64,000 nucleotides of DNA from an uncultured Phycisphaerales bacterium. GTDB taxonomy: Bacteria > Planctomycetota > Phycisphaerae > Tepidisphaerales > Tepidisphaeraceae. Each line of letters opens with the position of its first letter. The first letter of the stretch is position 1. The stretch lies in NCBI GenBank assembly GCA_963758525.1, contig CAVWVQ010000002.1, positions 64,001 to 128,000 of the forward strand, written 5' to 3'. Positions 1-9,072 of the stretch are shown here, piece after piece. Both the position numbers and the translations under genes were made by a program. Under the pieces are notes generated by a model. That model was not told where the DNA came from and ran no database searches. It saw only the letters and a list, made by a program, of their open reading frames with translations.

Positions 1-396
1 TACCAGGAGCGCGCCATCGGACTTGGGGCCGACGATTACCATCTCTGGTATCGCATCCATAAAGCCGGGGGTCGCTTCGTTCGCGACGACGAATCGCGAA
101 ACGTGGTGTATCGCATCCACGACCGCAACTCGCTGCGCATCCGCCGCAGGCGATTTGGCGCATCGAACTCGCGACGCGACCTGATCGCCGGAGCCACGGC
201 GGCATCGCTGGCGCTGTGGATGGCGCCGCGCCTCCCGAGCGCGCACGCAGTCGGGCCAACTGCTGATGCGGGCTTGATCAGGGACGAAGCCCAGGATGAC
301 CAGGTTCCAGCGCCGCGGAAAATACCCGCGTCCAAACACGATGGCTCGCAATTGCCCCACGCTCCGCCCGAGGCGATTCTGCCGCCGCATTCGTAG
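1..396 (+). CDS. 3' part of a probable glycosyltransferase family 2 protein (5' end outside window)
   Basis: Frame 1 is open from base 1: ...GADDYHLWYRIHKAGGRF...VVYRIH, resembling the GT2 'EDYDLWLR...LxxYRxH' region; stop at 394-396. Confidence 0.55.
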   Translation, partial: YQERAIGLGADDYHLWYRIHKAGGRFVRDDESRNVVYRIHDRNSLRIRRRRFGASNSRRDLIAGATAASLALWMAPRLPSAHAVGPTADAGLIRDEAQDDQVPAPRKIPASKHDGSQLPHAPPEAILPPHS

Positions 397-522
397 TGCG
401 TCGCGCGGTTGCTGGAGCAGTTTTGAGGTGGGAGCAGCGGGCATTGCGGTGCAGGCTTCGAGGCTGCTCCTCAAAGGCAGGCTCAAATCCCGCGCCACAA
501 ACGCCACATCGATCGGAAACCG

Positions 523-1059
523 CTAATTGTCGCTTGTATCGGCCGATGGATCATGCACGTCGGTCACGACGCTGCCGGAATCCACCCGTATCGCCGGTGG
601 TCCGTTATACCAGTCGCAGCCGTGCGCCGCGGATTGCCCGGGCGAGAGAACGCCTTGCGAAATAAAATCAACGGTCCGGTCGGCGTACCGCTGGTCGAAG
701 AGCGTCAGATACAATCCGGTGATCTCGCGCCGGCCGACGTTTTGCACGCTCCAGGTGATGTGATGCCCGCCCTCGCTGACCCGGAAATGCGCGTGGAGCA
801 TCGAGATGGCAATGGGAGTGGTGGGTGTTGCCGATGGGTGCGGCGCAGAAGCTCGAGCCGGCGGCATCTGCGAATCGATGATGTAGTCAGCGGGAAGGCG
901 GGTCCAGAAGCAAGCCACCGCCAGAAGCAGCAACCCCGCGCCGATCCCGAACACTCGGCCGCGATCAATGCTCCGGCGAGGGGCCTGCGTCGACGATGCG
1001 CCGTCGATGCCTGGCGGAGAAGGCGAAACAGCCGACGCTCGTTCACCCAAATCGCCCAT
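523..1059 (-). CDS. Hypothetical single-pass membrane protein
   Basis: 178-aa ORF with one hydrophobic segment (VFGIGAGLLLLAVACFW), a Pro-rich linker and a beta-rich C-terminal region. Confidence 0.45.
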   Translation of the reverse strand: MGDLGERASAVSPSPPGIDGASSTQAPRRSIDRGRVFGIGAGLLLLAVACFWTRLPADYIIDSQMPPARASAPHPSATPTTPIAISMLHAHFRVSEGGHHITWSVQNVGRREITGLYLTLFDQRYADRTVDFISQGVLSPGQSAAHGCDWYNGPPAIRVDSGSVVTDVHDPSADTSDN

Positions 1060-1188
1060 GAAGTGCTCTCACAGAATTCTGATTTTGAGTATAACCGCCA
1101 TCAGGACCGGCCGCCTTCATTCGCCACGCGTTTGATCCGGATCGGCCGCACGCACGAGGTAAAGCCAATCACGTCACCGATCAACATC

Positions 1189-2280
1189 GTGAACTCCCAG
1201 ACACCTTCCGCTGCGTTGCCAGACTTTTTTACCACGAACGCGCCGGCGCGGCTCACGACCTCATTTGACGAATGGGCGATCCTCGGTGGAGTGCGTTTTC
1301 TGCTGGCGATGCTTGTGCTGCTGGGTCACTGCAACGATTTCCGGCTGCGGCCGGGTACGGGATGGACATCTGCAGGCGCCGCTTTCGGAGGCCAAGCCGC
1401 CGTGTACGGATTCCTGTTCATCTCCGGCTATTCCATGGCTCACAGCCTCCGACACCCCCGGGGATTTTATCTTCGGCGCGTTCGACGCATCATGCCTCTC
1501 TACCTGGCCGGTCTTTTCGTGGGGCTGGCGGTCACGGAAGCGGCCGGCGGGTCCATTACGATGCCCAGCGGCGCGGTCGTCGTATCCCCGCACTTCTGGG
1601 AATTCGCTGGAAACGCGCTGCTCCTGCAACTGTGGATTTGCGCCCCGGTGCCCTGCAACGGCCCGCTCTGGACCATCAGTGCCGAAGCCTTTTACTACTT
1701 GATCGCCCCGCTCCTGAGATGGGCCAAGCCCTGGATGCTTTGCCTGCTGATCTGGATATCAGCGACGGCGCAGTTCCTCTGTCGGACGAGTTTCCTGGAA
1801 ACCAGGTGGGGGTTTGCCACGCTGATGATGGCCTGGGCCTGGGTGGGCGGATTCTATTGGTATGGGCACCGCAAGGGCACGACGATGGTTCTGCTGGTGG
1901 TCATGGGCTGCTGGTTCGGCCGATTCAAATACTCAGATATGGCGGACGTTACCATTGTGTTCAGCGCGGCCGTCATGATCGCCGCGCCGCGAATCGCACT
2001 CCTTCGGCTCTGCCGCGCGCCGCTGCTGTATCTGGGGGAACTCTCCTATCCGCTGTACGTCTTTCACTGGCCGACCATCGTCGGGCTCGTTGGCCTGCGC
2101 GGGGTGAAGGACCCTAATGCGTGGGTCGTCGGATCGATCGGAATGGCAATGCTCGGATACCACTTGATCGACAACCTCTTCCGAAGCAGTCCGCTTGTCC
2201 GGGCTTCCAGGGTGCAAAGTGCCGTACAATCGGGGATTGCTCCGGAGCGAACATTCGCGCGCGACCCGGCGGTTACCTGA
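1189..2280 (+). CDS. Acyltransferase family 3 (OafA/YrhL-like) membrane O-acyltransferase
   Basis: Motifs GVRFLLAMLVLLGH, AVYGFLFISGYSM, FYLRRVRRIMPLY, PLWTISAEAFYY, LGELSYPLYVFHWP. Start codon (GTG 1189) uncertain. Confidence 0.85.
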   Translation: MNSQTPSAALPDFFTTNAPARLTTSFDEWAILGGVRFLLAMLVLLGHCNDFRLRPGTGWTSAGAAFGGQAAVYGFLFISGYSMAHSLRHPRGFYLRRVRRIMPLYLAGLFVGLAVTEAAGGSITMPSGAVVVSPHFWEFAGNALLLQLWICAPVPCNGPLWTISAEAFYYLIAPLLRWAKPWMLCLLIWISATAQFLCRTSFLETRWGFATLMMAWAWVGGFYWYGHRKGTTMVLLVVMGCWFGRFKYSDMADVTIVFSAAVMIAAPRIALLRLCRAPLLYLGELSYPLYVFHWPTIVGLVGLRGVKDPNAWVVGSIGMAMLGYHLIDNLFRSSPLVRASRVQSAVQSGIAPERTFARDPAVT

Positions 2281-2413
2281 AGCTAAAGAGACGTTTCAGG
2301 CCCTCGAACGAGCCACTCCTCTCCCGGTATGAAGGGGCGACAACACAGGGGCTTGAAGCTGAAAGTTTTTCGCAAGCGCGTCATCGTCGACGGTAACGTA
2401 TAGTCTGAGCTTC

Positions 2414-3262
2414 ATGGAGATGATTACTGAGCTTCCCGGATTGCCGCCGCGCCCTGTGGATGGACACAAGGGGATGTTCGGGCGCCTGCTCATAGTCGGC
2501 GGCAGCGACGACATGATCGGCGCGCCGGTTCTGGCGGGAACCGCCGCGCTGCGGACCGGCGCGGGGCTGGTGCAGATCGCGCTTCCCAAATCCGTCCTCG
2601 CCGCGGCGCTGTCGATCACGCCGGAGCTCATCGGGCTTGGCTTGACTCTTCGGGGAAACAAACGCCTGCTCGAAGCCGCGGAGAAAGCGGATGTCCTGGT
2701 CATCGGTCCTGGCCTGGGCCAGAGCGACGAATCCAATGAACGACTCAAACAACTCATGCGGCTCGACAAACCCGCCGTCGTCGACGCTGACGCCTTGAAC
2801 TTTCTCGCTGGCAAAAAGAGATGGCCCGCCTGGTTCAAGCTGCACGCCGTCCTCACGCCGCATCCCGGCGAAATGCAGCGTCTGGCGAAGCTGATCGGGC
2901 GATCAGCGGTTCCCACTGACGAAGCCGGCCGGATTGACATCGCGCTGGCCGCCGCGAATGCGTTCGGACAGATCGTCGTTCTCAAAGGGTTTCGCACGGT
3001 GATCACCGACGGCAAACGCGTGAGCATCAATCACACCGGCAACAGCAGCCTGTCAAAAGCCGGCGCCGGCGATGTGCTGAGCGGCGTCATCGGAACGCTG
3101 TTGGCTCAGCAGATGGACCCCTTCGACGCCGCCAGGCTTGGCGTGCATCTGCACGGCCGTGCCGGAGAAATCGCCGGGGAGCGACTCGGCATGCGCAGCG
3201 TCCTTGCGATCGATGTTGTCGGTGCAATTTCAGAGGCTCTGCGAGAAAGCGAAGCCCGCTGA
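2414..3262 (+). CDS. nnrD: ADP-dependent NAD(P)H-hydrate dehydratase
   Basis: HKGMFG, IGPGLG, VVDADAL, LTPHPGEM, VVLKG and GAGDVLSG motifs of YjeF-C. Confidence 0.92.
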   Translation: MEMITELPGLPPRPVDGHKGMFGRLLIVGGSDDMIGAPVLAGTAALRTGAGLVQIALPKSVLAAALSITPELIGLGLTLRGNKRLLEAAEKADVLVIGPGLGQSDESNERLKQLMRLDKPAVVDADALNFLAGKKRWPAWFKLHAVLTPHPGEMQRLAKLIGRSAVPTDEAGRIDIALAAANAFGQIVVLKGFRTVITDGKRVSINHTGNSSLSKAGAGDVLSGVIGTLLAQQMDPFDAARLGVHLHGRAGEIAGERLGMRSVLAIDVVGAISEALRESEAR

Positions 3263-3330
3263 CGCCTCGGTCAAAGACAGTTTCTCCCTGCCCGCGGCCG
3301 CGCAACACGCCGACGCCGACGGAAGAAGCA

Positions 3331-3726
3331 TCAGGCGCGGGCGAAGGGAATCACGTCGGCCGTGAAGTTGCTCTCGTTTCTCATTTGATGATCGCCATTG
3401 GTCGGCGCGGGGGTTGACGCAGTTGCGTTTTGCGCGGCGGGCTGCGCAGCGACCGAAGGCGCTGCAACAGCGGTCGTCGGCGCAGCGGGCGTGGCGAGAA
3501 TTGTGTTCGGCAGCTTTGAGGGCGCCTGATTGAATTTAAGGGTCCGCTCGAATTCCTGGTTGATTTCGTTTTGCACCGCGCGCACTTCTTCCTGCAGACG
3601 CTCGTGTTGCACGACCATCGCGGCAATCTGATCGTCCATGCGGGCAAGAGCGGTCACTTTGCTATGGGCACGCTGAAACAACGCGACGAGGTTCGTCAGC
3701 TCGCGAGCGGGAAATTCGTTGGGCAT
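3331..3726 (-). CDS. Hypothetical coiled-coil protein with Ala/Pro-rich tail
   Basis: ATG preceded by GGAGGAG; heptad-like N-terminal half. Confidence 0.6.
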   Translation of the reverse strand: MPNEFPARELTNLVALFQRAHSKVTALARMDDQIAAMVVQHERLQEEVRAVQNEINQEFERTLKFNQAPSKLPNTILATPAAPTTAVAAPSVAAQPAAQNATASTPAPTNGDHQMRNESNFTADVIPFARA

Positions 3727-3843
3727 AACAAGCTCCTCCCCCCGCCTCTGCCTCTGCGCAATACTACGGCCAATTGCGCAAAGGATCAAGTGCGGAAGGA
3801 TACTTGTTTGAACCCGTTCAGGCAAAAAAAGGCAAGGGCGATG

Positions 3844-4794
3844 TCAGTGCTTTTTGATCAAACCGTCACGATAGAAGTCGACCATGCGGGCCAGCCCTTC
3901 ACGCCGGGAAATTTCCGGCGCCCAGCCCAGAATCTGCTTGGCTCGCGTGATGTCCGGGCAGCGCACGCGCGGATCGTCGGGAGGCATCGGCTCGAAAATG
4001 ATCTTGCTCTTGGTCCCGGGAACCAGTTGCAGCACTTCCTTGGCGATCTGCAGAATGGAAAGCTCTTCGGGGTTGCCCAGATTGATCGGCTCGTGGAAGT
4101 CGCTCTCCATCGTGAGGTTGATCCCGCGGACCAGATCTGAAACGTAGCAGAGACTGCGCGTTTGCTTGCCTTCGCCAAAGACGGTGATGGGCTCGTCGTT
4201 GAGCGCCTGGCGGATGAAACTGATGACCACGCGCCCGTCGTACGGGTCCATGCGCGGGCCATACGTGTTGAAGATCCGGACCAGGCGCGTGTCGGCTTTG
4301 CGCTCGCGATGGTATGCCATCGTGCACGCTTCGCTGAAGCGCTTCGCTTCGTCGTACATGCTGCGCAGCCCGATTGGATTGACGTTGCCCCAGTAGTCTT
4401 CGCGCTGCGGATGGACGGCTGGATCGCCGTAGCATTCGCTGGTGCTGGCCATTAGAAAGCGGGCGTCTTTGTCGATCGCCAGCTCAAGCAGATTCCACGT
4501 GCCCTGGCTGTTGACCTTCAGCGTCGCCACCTGGTGCTTGACATATCCGATGGGGGACGCCGGCGAAGCCATGTGGTAGATGCGGTCGAGTGAGCCGACC
4601 ACTTCGAGTTTCTCCGTCACATCGTGGCGGACGAAGGTGTATCGCGGGCGCATGCTAAGGTGCGCGATATTCTCCTGGCGTCCGGTAATAAAATTGTCCA
4701 CCCCGATCACTTCGTGACCCTGGGAAAGAAGCAGATCCGTGAGATGAGATCCCAGGAATCCGGCACCGCCCGAGATGAGAACGCGCATAGCCAT
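3844..4794 (-). CDS. UDP-glucuronate decarboxylase-like NAD-dependent epimerase/dehydratase
   Basis: GGAGFLGSHL, HMASPASP, ASTSECYGDP, YDEAKR, RIFNTYGPRM, TRSLCYVSDL. Confidence 0.9.
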   Translation of the reverse strand: MAMRVLISGGAGFLGSHLTDLLLSQGHEVIGVDNFITGRQENIAHLSMRPRYTFVRHDVTEKLEVVGSLDRIYHMASPASPIGYVKHQVATLKVNSQGTWNLLELAIDKDARFLMASTSECYGDPAVHPQREDYWGNVNPIGLRSMYDEAKRFSEACTMAYHRERKADTRLVRIFNTYGPRMDPYDGRVVISFIRQALNDEPITVFGEGKQTRSLCYVSDLVRGINLTMESDFHEPINLGNPEELSILQIAKEVLQLVPGTKSKIIFEPMPPDDPRVRCPDITRAKQILGWAPEISRREGLARMVDFYRDGLIKKH

Positions 4795-4818
4795 CCTTCT
4801 GTCTGTCGTTTTACCCTG

Positions 4819-5526
4819 TCAGTCTGTAAATCGGAATCGGACAATTGTCAGGATGGCTTTGACACCATCCTTCCAGGTAATTTTCTTTCCCTCTTCGTAG
4901 CTGCGGCCGTAATAGGCGACACCCACCTCGTAAATCCGCAGCCGCGGCCTGATTTTCGCGATTTTGGCGGTCACTTCCGGCTCAAAGCCGAATCGGTCGC
5001 ATCGCAAGGTTATTTGGTCGAGCACCGGTTTCCGGAAGACTTTGTAGCACACTTCCATGTCCGTCAAGTTTAAATTAGTGAACATGTTGCTCATCGAAGT
5101 GAGAAATTGGTTGCCGAGCGTGTGCCAGAAGTAGAGCACTCGGTGCGGTTCGCCGATAAACCGGCTCCCGTACACGACGTCCGCCCGGTCGTCGAGAATC
5201 GGGCGAAGCAACTTGGGATAATCCGTTGGATCGTATTCGAGATCCGCGTCCTGGACCAGCACGATGTCCCCGCTGGCCAGCTTGAATCCGTCCCGCAGCG
5301 CCGCGCCTTTGCCCTGATTTTCCGGCTTGTGCACGATTTGGAACTGCTCGGCCGGAAACAAAGCGGGCAGTTCGTCGAGCCTGGCGGCGGTGTCATCTTT
5401 CGAGCAGTCGTTAATGCAAAGGATTTCCCGCTCGATCCCGGGAAGCGGGACCGCGGCGACCTTGCCGATCAATTGATGAATCGTGTCTGCCTCGTTGTAG
5501 ATCGGGATCACGATCGACAGTTTCAT
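4819..5526 (-). CDS. Glycosyltransferase family 2 (DPM synthase-like)
   Basis: LSIVIPIYNE, DCSKD, NQGKGAA, QDADLEYDP, YYGRSYEEGKKI. Confidence 0.92.
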   Translation of the reverse strand: MKLSIVIPIYNEADTIHQLIGKVAAVPLPGIEREILCINDCSKDDTAARLDELPALFPAEQFQIVHKPENQGKGAALRDGFKLASGDIVLVQDADLEYDPTDYPKLLRPILDDRADVVYGSRFIGEPHRVLYFWHTLGNQFLTSMSNMFTNLNLTDMEVCYKVFRKPVLDQITLRCDRFGFEPEVTAKIAKIRPRLRIYEVGVAYYGRSYEEGKKITWKDGVKAILTIVRFRFTD

Positions 5527-5614
5527 ACCGCCCTCTCAAGCCTCACACCCCACGGGTCCACGTCGTTGAGCCGCTGCCTGCGGCGTCGCCTCGCGGGACT
5601 TGCGCCGCGAGCGG

Positions 5615-6433
5615 CTACCGGATCCAGCCACGCATCCGATAAATGCGCAACCCGATCGCTTCATGCAGATAGTCTCTCACCGCCTGGAAACGATCGGACA
5701 ACTCCTCTGGATCGGCCAAGTCGTAGCGTGTCTCCAGTGCGGGTGATTGCAGGACGTCCAAACCCGCCGTTCGAAACACCGCGGCTGCCCGCCGCATATG
5801 CCACGCCTGGGTCACCACGATCACCCGATTCCAGCCGAATTCCTTCGCCAGCCTTGCGGTTGCCAGCGCCTCGTCGTGGGTGTTGACAACCGGCCCGCTC
5901 CATTCCAACGGGAGATGCACACCCTGGTCCTGCAACTGTCGGCGAATCTTCGGGTTCCACAACACTCCGCACAAAACCACGTAACGCACGTCTTTTTCTC
6001 GGACGATCAGCGCCGCGTGCTCGAGCCGATCCTCGGCCGAGGAACTTGGAGTTCCGTCCGAGAATACTCCGCATCCCAAAACGACGACGGCATCGGCCCG
6101 CCCGCGCTGGTCGGTCGTGTCAATGCCTCCCACCAGCCAGCGCGCGAATGGAGTGAAGGCGATCAGCGCGATCCACGCCACACTCAGTCCGGCCCACCAC
6201 CACAACACTCGCCGCAACGGTGACATTCCAAGCGCAGCTCCGATAAGCGCGCCGATCACCAGCGCAACTTGCGCTCTTTCCGCATCCAATTTGAACTGCA
6301 GCAGCGTGAACGAGCAAAGCAGGCCGATCGTTGCCCCGGAGATCGCCTGGCCTCGCACGTGGCGTACCTCCCGAGGCTTGTCCTTCGCCGGTGCGCTCCC
6401 ATTTGGCATTCTGTTGTCAGTGACAAGGCTCAT
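5615..6433 (-). CDS. YdcF/DUF218 family membrane protein
   Basis: ADAVVVLG, NTHDEA, VVTQAWHMRRA, YLHEAIG motifs after N-terminal TM helices. Confidence 0.8.
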   Translation of the reverse strand: MSLVTDNRMPNGSAPAKDKPREVRHVRGQAISGATIGLLCSFTLLQFKLDAERAQVALVIGALIGAALGMSPLRRVLWWWAGLSVAWIALIAFTPFARWLVGGIDTTDQRGRADAVVVLGCGVFSDGTPSSSAEDRLEHAALIVREKDVRYVVLCGVLWNPKIRRQLQDQGVHLPLEWSGPVVNTHDEALATARLAKEFGWNRVIVVTQAWHMRRAAAVFRTAGLDVLQSPALETRYDLADPEELSDRFQAVRDYLHEAIGLRIYRMRGWIR

Positions 6434-6480
6434 CGCGGCGCATCCTATATGACCTTGCGCGATTACGCGCTTCCAAAAAC

Positions 6481-6621
6481 CGTTTAGCGGCTGCCCTAGG
6501 GCAGCATACTGCTGGCACGTGCGCGTAATCGCGCACGTTCATTTAGAACCGCGTTTAGCGGGCTCCCAAAGGGAGCCGCGTATTCAAGCGTGCGCGTAAT
6601 CGCGCACGTTCGTTAGAACCG
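6481..6621. repeat. Two tandem ~70-bp units, each with two hairpins
   Basis: Units 6481-6551 and 6552-6621 share CGTTTAGCGG...CGTGCGCGTAATCGCGCACGTTC...TTAGAACCG. Confidence 0.85.
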
Positions 6622-6757
6622 CAGAACCGCAGCGACAACGACCGGGCTTGTAAACACTTTCGTCGGAGCGTTTGCTTTGCGTGCTCCCCTCCTCTCGGTC
6701 ACATCCGCGGCCTTCGTCAACTCCCGCTTTGTGCGCCCAGCGCGTATATTTCCGGCC

Positions 6758-7768
6758 ATGGCTAAACACACAATTGTGGCAATCCCTGGCGACGGTATCG
6801 GTCCTGAAGTGACTGCCGCCACACGCCGCGTGCTGGATGCGTCGGGTCTGTCCGTTGAATGGGTCGACGCGATCGCGGGCGCGACCGCCATCGAGCAGGG
6901 GCACGACAACGTTCTGCCTCAGCAGACGCTCAAGGCGATTCAGCTTCATGGCGTCGCTTTGAAAGGTCCCGTCACGACGCCGGTCGGCAAGGGGTTCAAG
7001 TCCGTCAACGTTCAGCTGCGCAAGTCACTCAACCTTTACGCGGCAGTGCGACCGGTGAGGAGCCTCGACGGCGTCAAGACGCGATTCGAGAACGTTGACC
7101 TGGTAATCGTCCGCGAGAACACCGAGGGCCTTTACAGCGGCATCGAAGCCGAAGTGGTTCCCGGCGTCGTCACCAGCATGAAGGTCGCCAGCGAACCGGC
7201 CTGCCTGCGCATCGCGCGCTACGCGTTTCGCTACGCAACGCGGCGGCACCGCAAAAAGATCACCGTGTTCCACAAAGCCAACATCATGAAGATGACCGAC
7301 GGCCTGTTTCTCAAATGCTCCCGCCAGATCTACGAAGAAGAATACCCCAACATCGAATACGACGAGGTGATCATCGACGCCGGCTGCATGAAGCTGGTGC
7401 AGGATCCCAGCCGCATCGATGTCCTGTTGATGGAAAATCTCTACGGCGACGTCGTGAGCGATCTGTGCGCGGGACTGGTCGGCGGCCTGGGTGTCGTTCC
7501 TGGCTCCAACATCGGCGATCACTGCGCGGTGTTCGAAGCCGTTCATGGGAGCGCCGCCGACATCGCCGGCAAAGGGGTTGCCAATCCGCTCGCGCTGATC
7601 ATGAGCGGCGTCATGATGCTCAATCATATTCACGAAGAGGCAATCGGCGCGAAGATCAAGGCCGCGTACAACCAGGTGCTCGTCGAAGGAAAGGTTCGCA
7701 CCCGCGATCTTGGCGGATCGTCCAGCACCGATCAATTTGCCGACGCGGTGATCGCAGCGATGAAATAG
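6758..7768 (+). CDS. Isocitrate/isopropylmalate dehydrogenase family, NAD-dependent IDH-like
   Basis: IPGDGIGPEV, LKGPVTTP, VRENTEGLY, HKANIMK, ENLYGDVVSDL, FEAVHGSA. Confidence 0.88.
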   Translation: MAKHTIVAIPGDGIGPEVTAATRRVLDASGLSVEWVDAIAGATAIEQGHDNVLPQQTLKAIQLHGVALKGPVTTPVGKGFKSVNVQLRKSLNLYAAVRPVRSLDGVKTRFENVDLVIVRENTEGLYSGIEAEVVPGVVTSMKVASEPACLRIARYAFRYATRRHRKKITVFHKANIMKMTDGLFLKCSRQIYEEEYPNIEYDEVIIDAGCMKLVQDPSRIDVLLMENLYGDVVSDLCAGLVGGLGVVPGSNIGDHCAVFEAVHGSAADIAGKGVANPLALIMSGVMMLNHIHEEAIGAKIKAAYNQVLVEGKVRTRDLGGSSSTDQFADAVIAAMK

Positions 7769-7806
7769 GGTCGAATCACCCCCAAGCGGCTCGCATCGCG
7801 CCATGG

Positions 7807-7917
7807 CGTGACATGGGCATCTTGCCCATGCAAGTTGCGCTGAGATATCGGGAACTCTTGGTAGGGGAATTTCTCCTACTGCCGCGTCGCCAGCACGGGC
7901 AGGATGCCCGTGCCGCG
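7807..7917. repeat. Inverted pair of REP-like palindromes
   Basis: CATGGGCATCTTGCCCATG and CACGGGCAGGATGCCCGTG in opposite orientation between convergent genes. Confidence 0.7.
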
Positions 7918-8952
7918 CGGAGCGCCGCTCACATCGGACGCGAACTGTGCGTATATCGCATTGTGCTCGGCAACGAAAACCGAGTTGGAGTAGCGCTTGT
8001 TTGCATCGTTCGCGGCGCTTTCCGCGAGAGAATTCTGCAATTCAGTCGAAGCCCTCACATCCGCAATCGCCTGCGCGATTCGGCGGGGCACGCCCGCCGG
8101 CGCGAACCGCGCCGAACGGCCATCCTCCAGCATCTCTCGCACCATCGCCGATGGTGTAGCCACAATCGGAAGTCTGGCAGCCATGCAGATGGCGATCGGC
8201 AGAGGCGCGACCGCCCCGTCGGCGGTGATCAGTGCCAGATCGGCAGCGGGGAGCAGCTCTTCAAATTCCACGGCTCGCCCGAGGTTGCGTTCGGCGATGG
8301 AGCACAGCTCCGCGTGCCCGACGCCGATGGCCAATCGCGCTGCCCGCCCGCATCCCGGCCCGCGGCCCCACAGCAGCAGCTTTTGATTCGGATCCAAGAC
8401 GTGCAGAATTGACGTCGCCCAGACCGCGTAGTCGTGCCGGGCCGCTCTCGAGGATTCGCCGACGGCAAGCACGACATGGTCGGCCTCGCTGAAGCCCAGC
8501 GCCGCTCGCAGTCTCACGTCGCGCCGGGGCCGAATGCGAGCGAGGTCAACGCCGCTGCAAATGACTCGGCAGCGGGCTTGCGGTATCCCTGCGCGAAGCC
8601 AGTCGCGGTATGCCGGCATCGAATTGCAGATCATCACGGCATCGCGATACGCCATGATTGACTTCACCCACCCCGCTGATTGCCGCGTCGGCATTTGTGA
8701 GGGCGTAAAGGCGATTTTGCGCACGTTCGCCAGCGCTGACGCTATGAGCGACGGCATATCCCACGCATGCACGAATGCGACACCGGCACTCCGCAAGCCG
8801 GCCGTCGCAAACAGAACACTGCGCCACGTCCCCCCGCGGCCGATCGTTTTAATCTCGGAGGATGATCCGCAGCCGCTTCGGATAAGTGTTTCAGCCCCCC
8901 GCCGTGATTGGAAATCCGCCTCGGTGGAGAGGAGGTGCAAGCAGTGCATCAT
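7876..8952 (-). CDS. Glycosyltransferase family 4 (GT-B)
   Basis: VICSGVD, LLPAADL, ICMAARLPIVAT, EMLEDG C-terminal GT4 pattern. Confidence 0.75.
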   Translation of the reverse strand: MMHCLHLLSTEADFQSRRGAETLIRSGCGSSSEIKTIGRGGTWRSVLFATAGLRSAGVAFVHAWDMPSLIASALANVRKIAFTPSQMPTRQSAGWVKSIMAYRDAVMICNSMPAYRDWLRAGIPQARCRVICSGVDLARIRPRRDVRLRAALGFSEADHVVLAVGESSRAARHDYAVWATSILHVLDPNQKLLLWGRGPGCGRAARLAIGVGHAELCSIAERNLGRAVEFEELLPAADLALITADGAVAPLPIAICMAARLPIVATPSAMVREMLEDGRSARFAPAGVPRRIAQAIADVRASTELQNSLAESAANDANKRYSNSVFVAEHNAIYAQFASDVSGAPRGTGILPVLATRQ

Positions 8953-9072
8953 CGAGTGGTAAAATAGTCGAAACCATCGTTTGCCGCGACACAGGGTGCG
9001 GCCTTCTCTGCGCTACCCCCTCGAGCGTCTCCCGCCTCTTCGCGCAGGTCGCGATACCGCTAAGATGCCGGA

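Noticed and set aside
553..1188. N-terminal extension of the 575-aa acyltransferase ORF
   Set aside because: The extension overlaps the opposite-strand gene 523-1059 and is Arg-rich; family similarity starts only after ~1190.
8953..9072. His-rich leader attenuator before hisD
   Set aside because: No His-codon run or terminator U-tract found.
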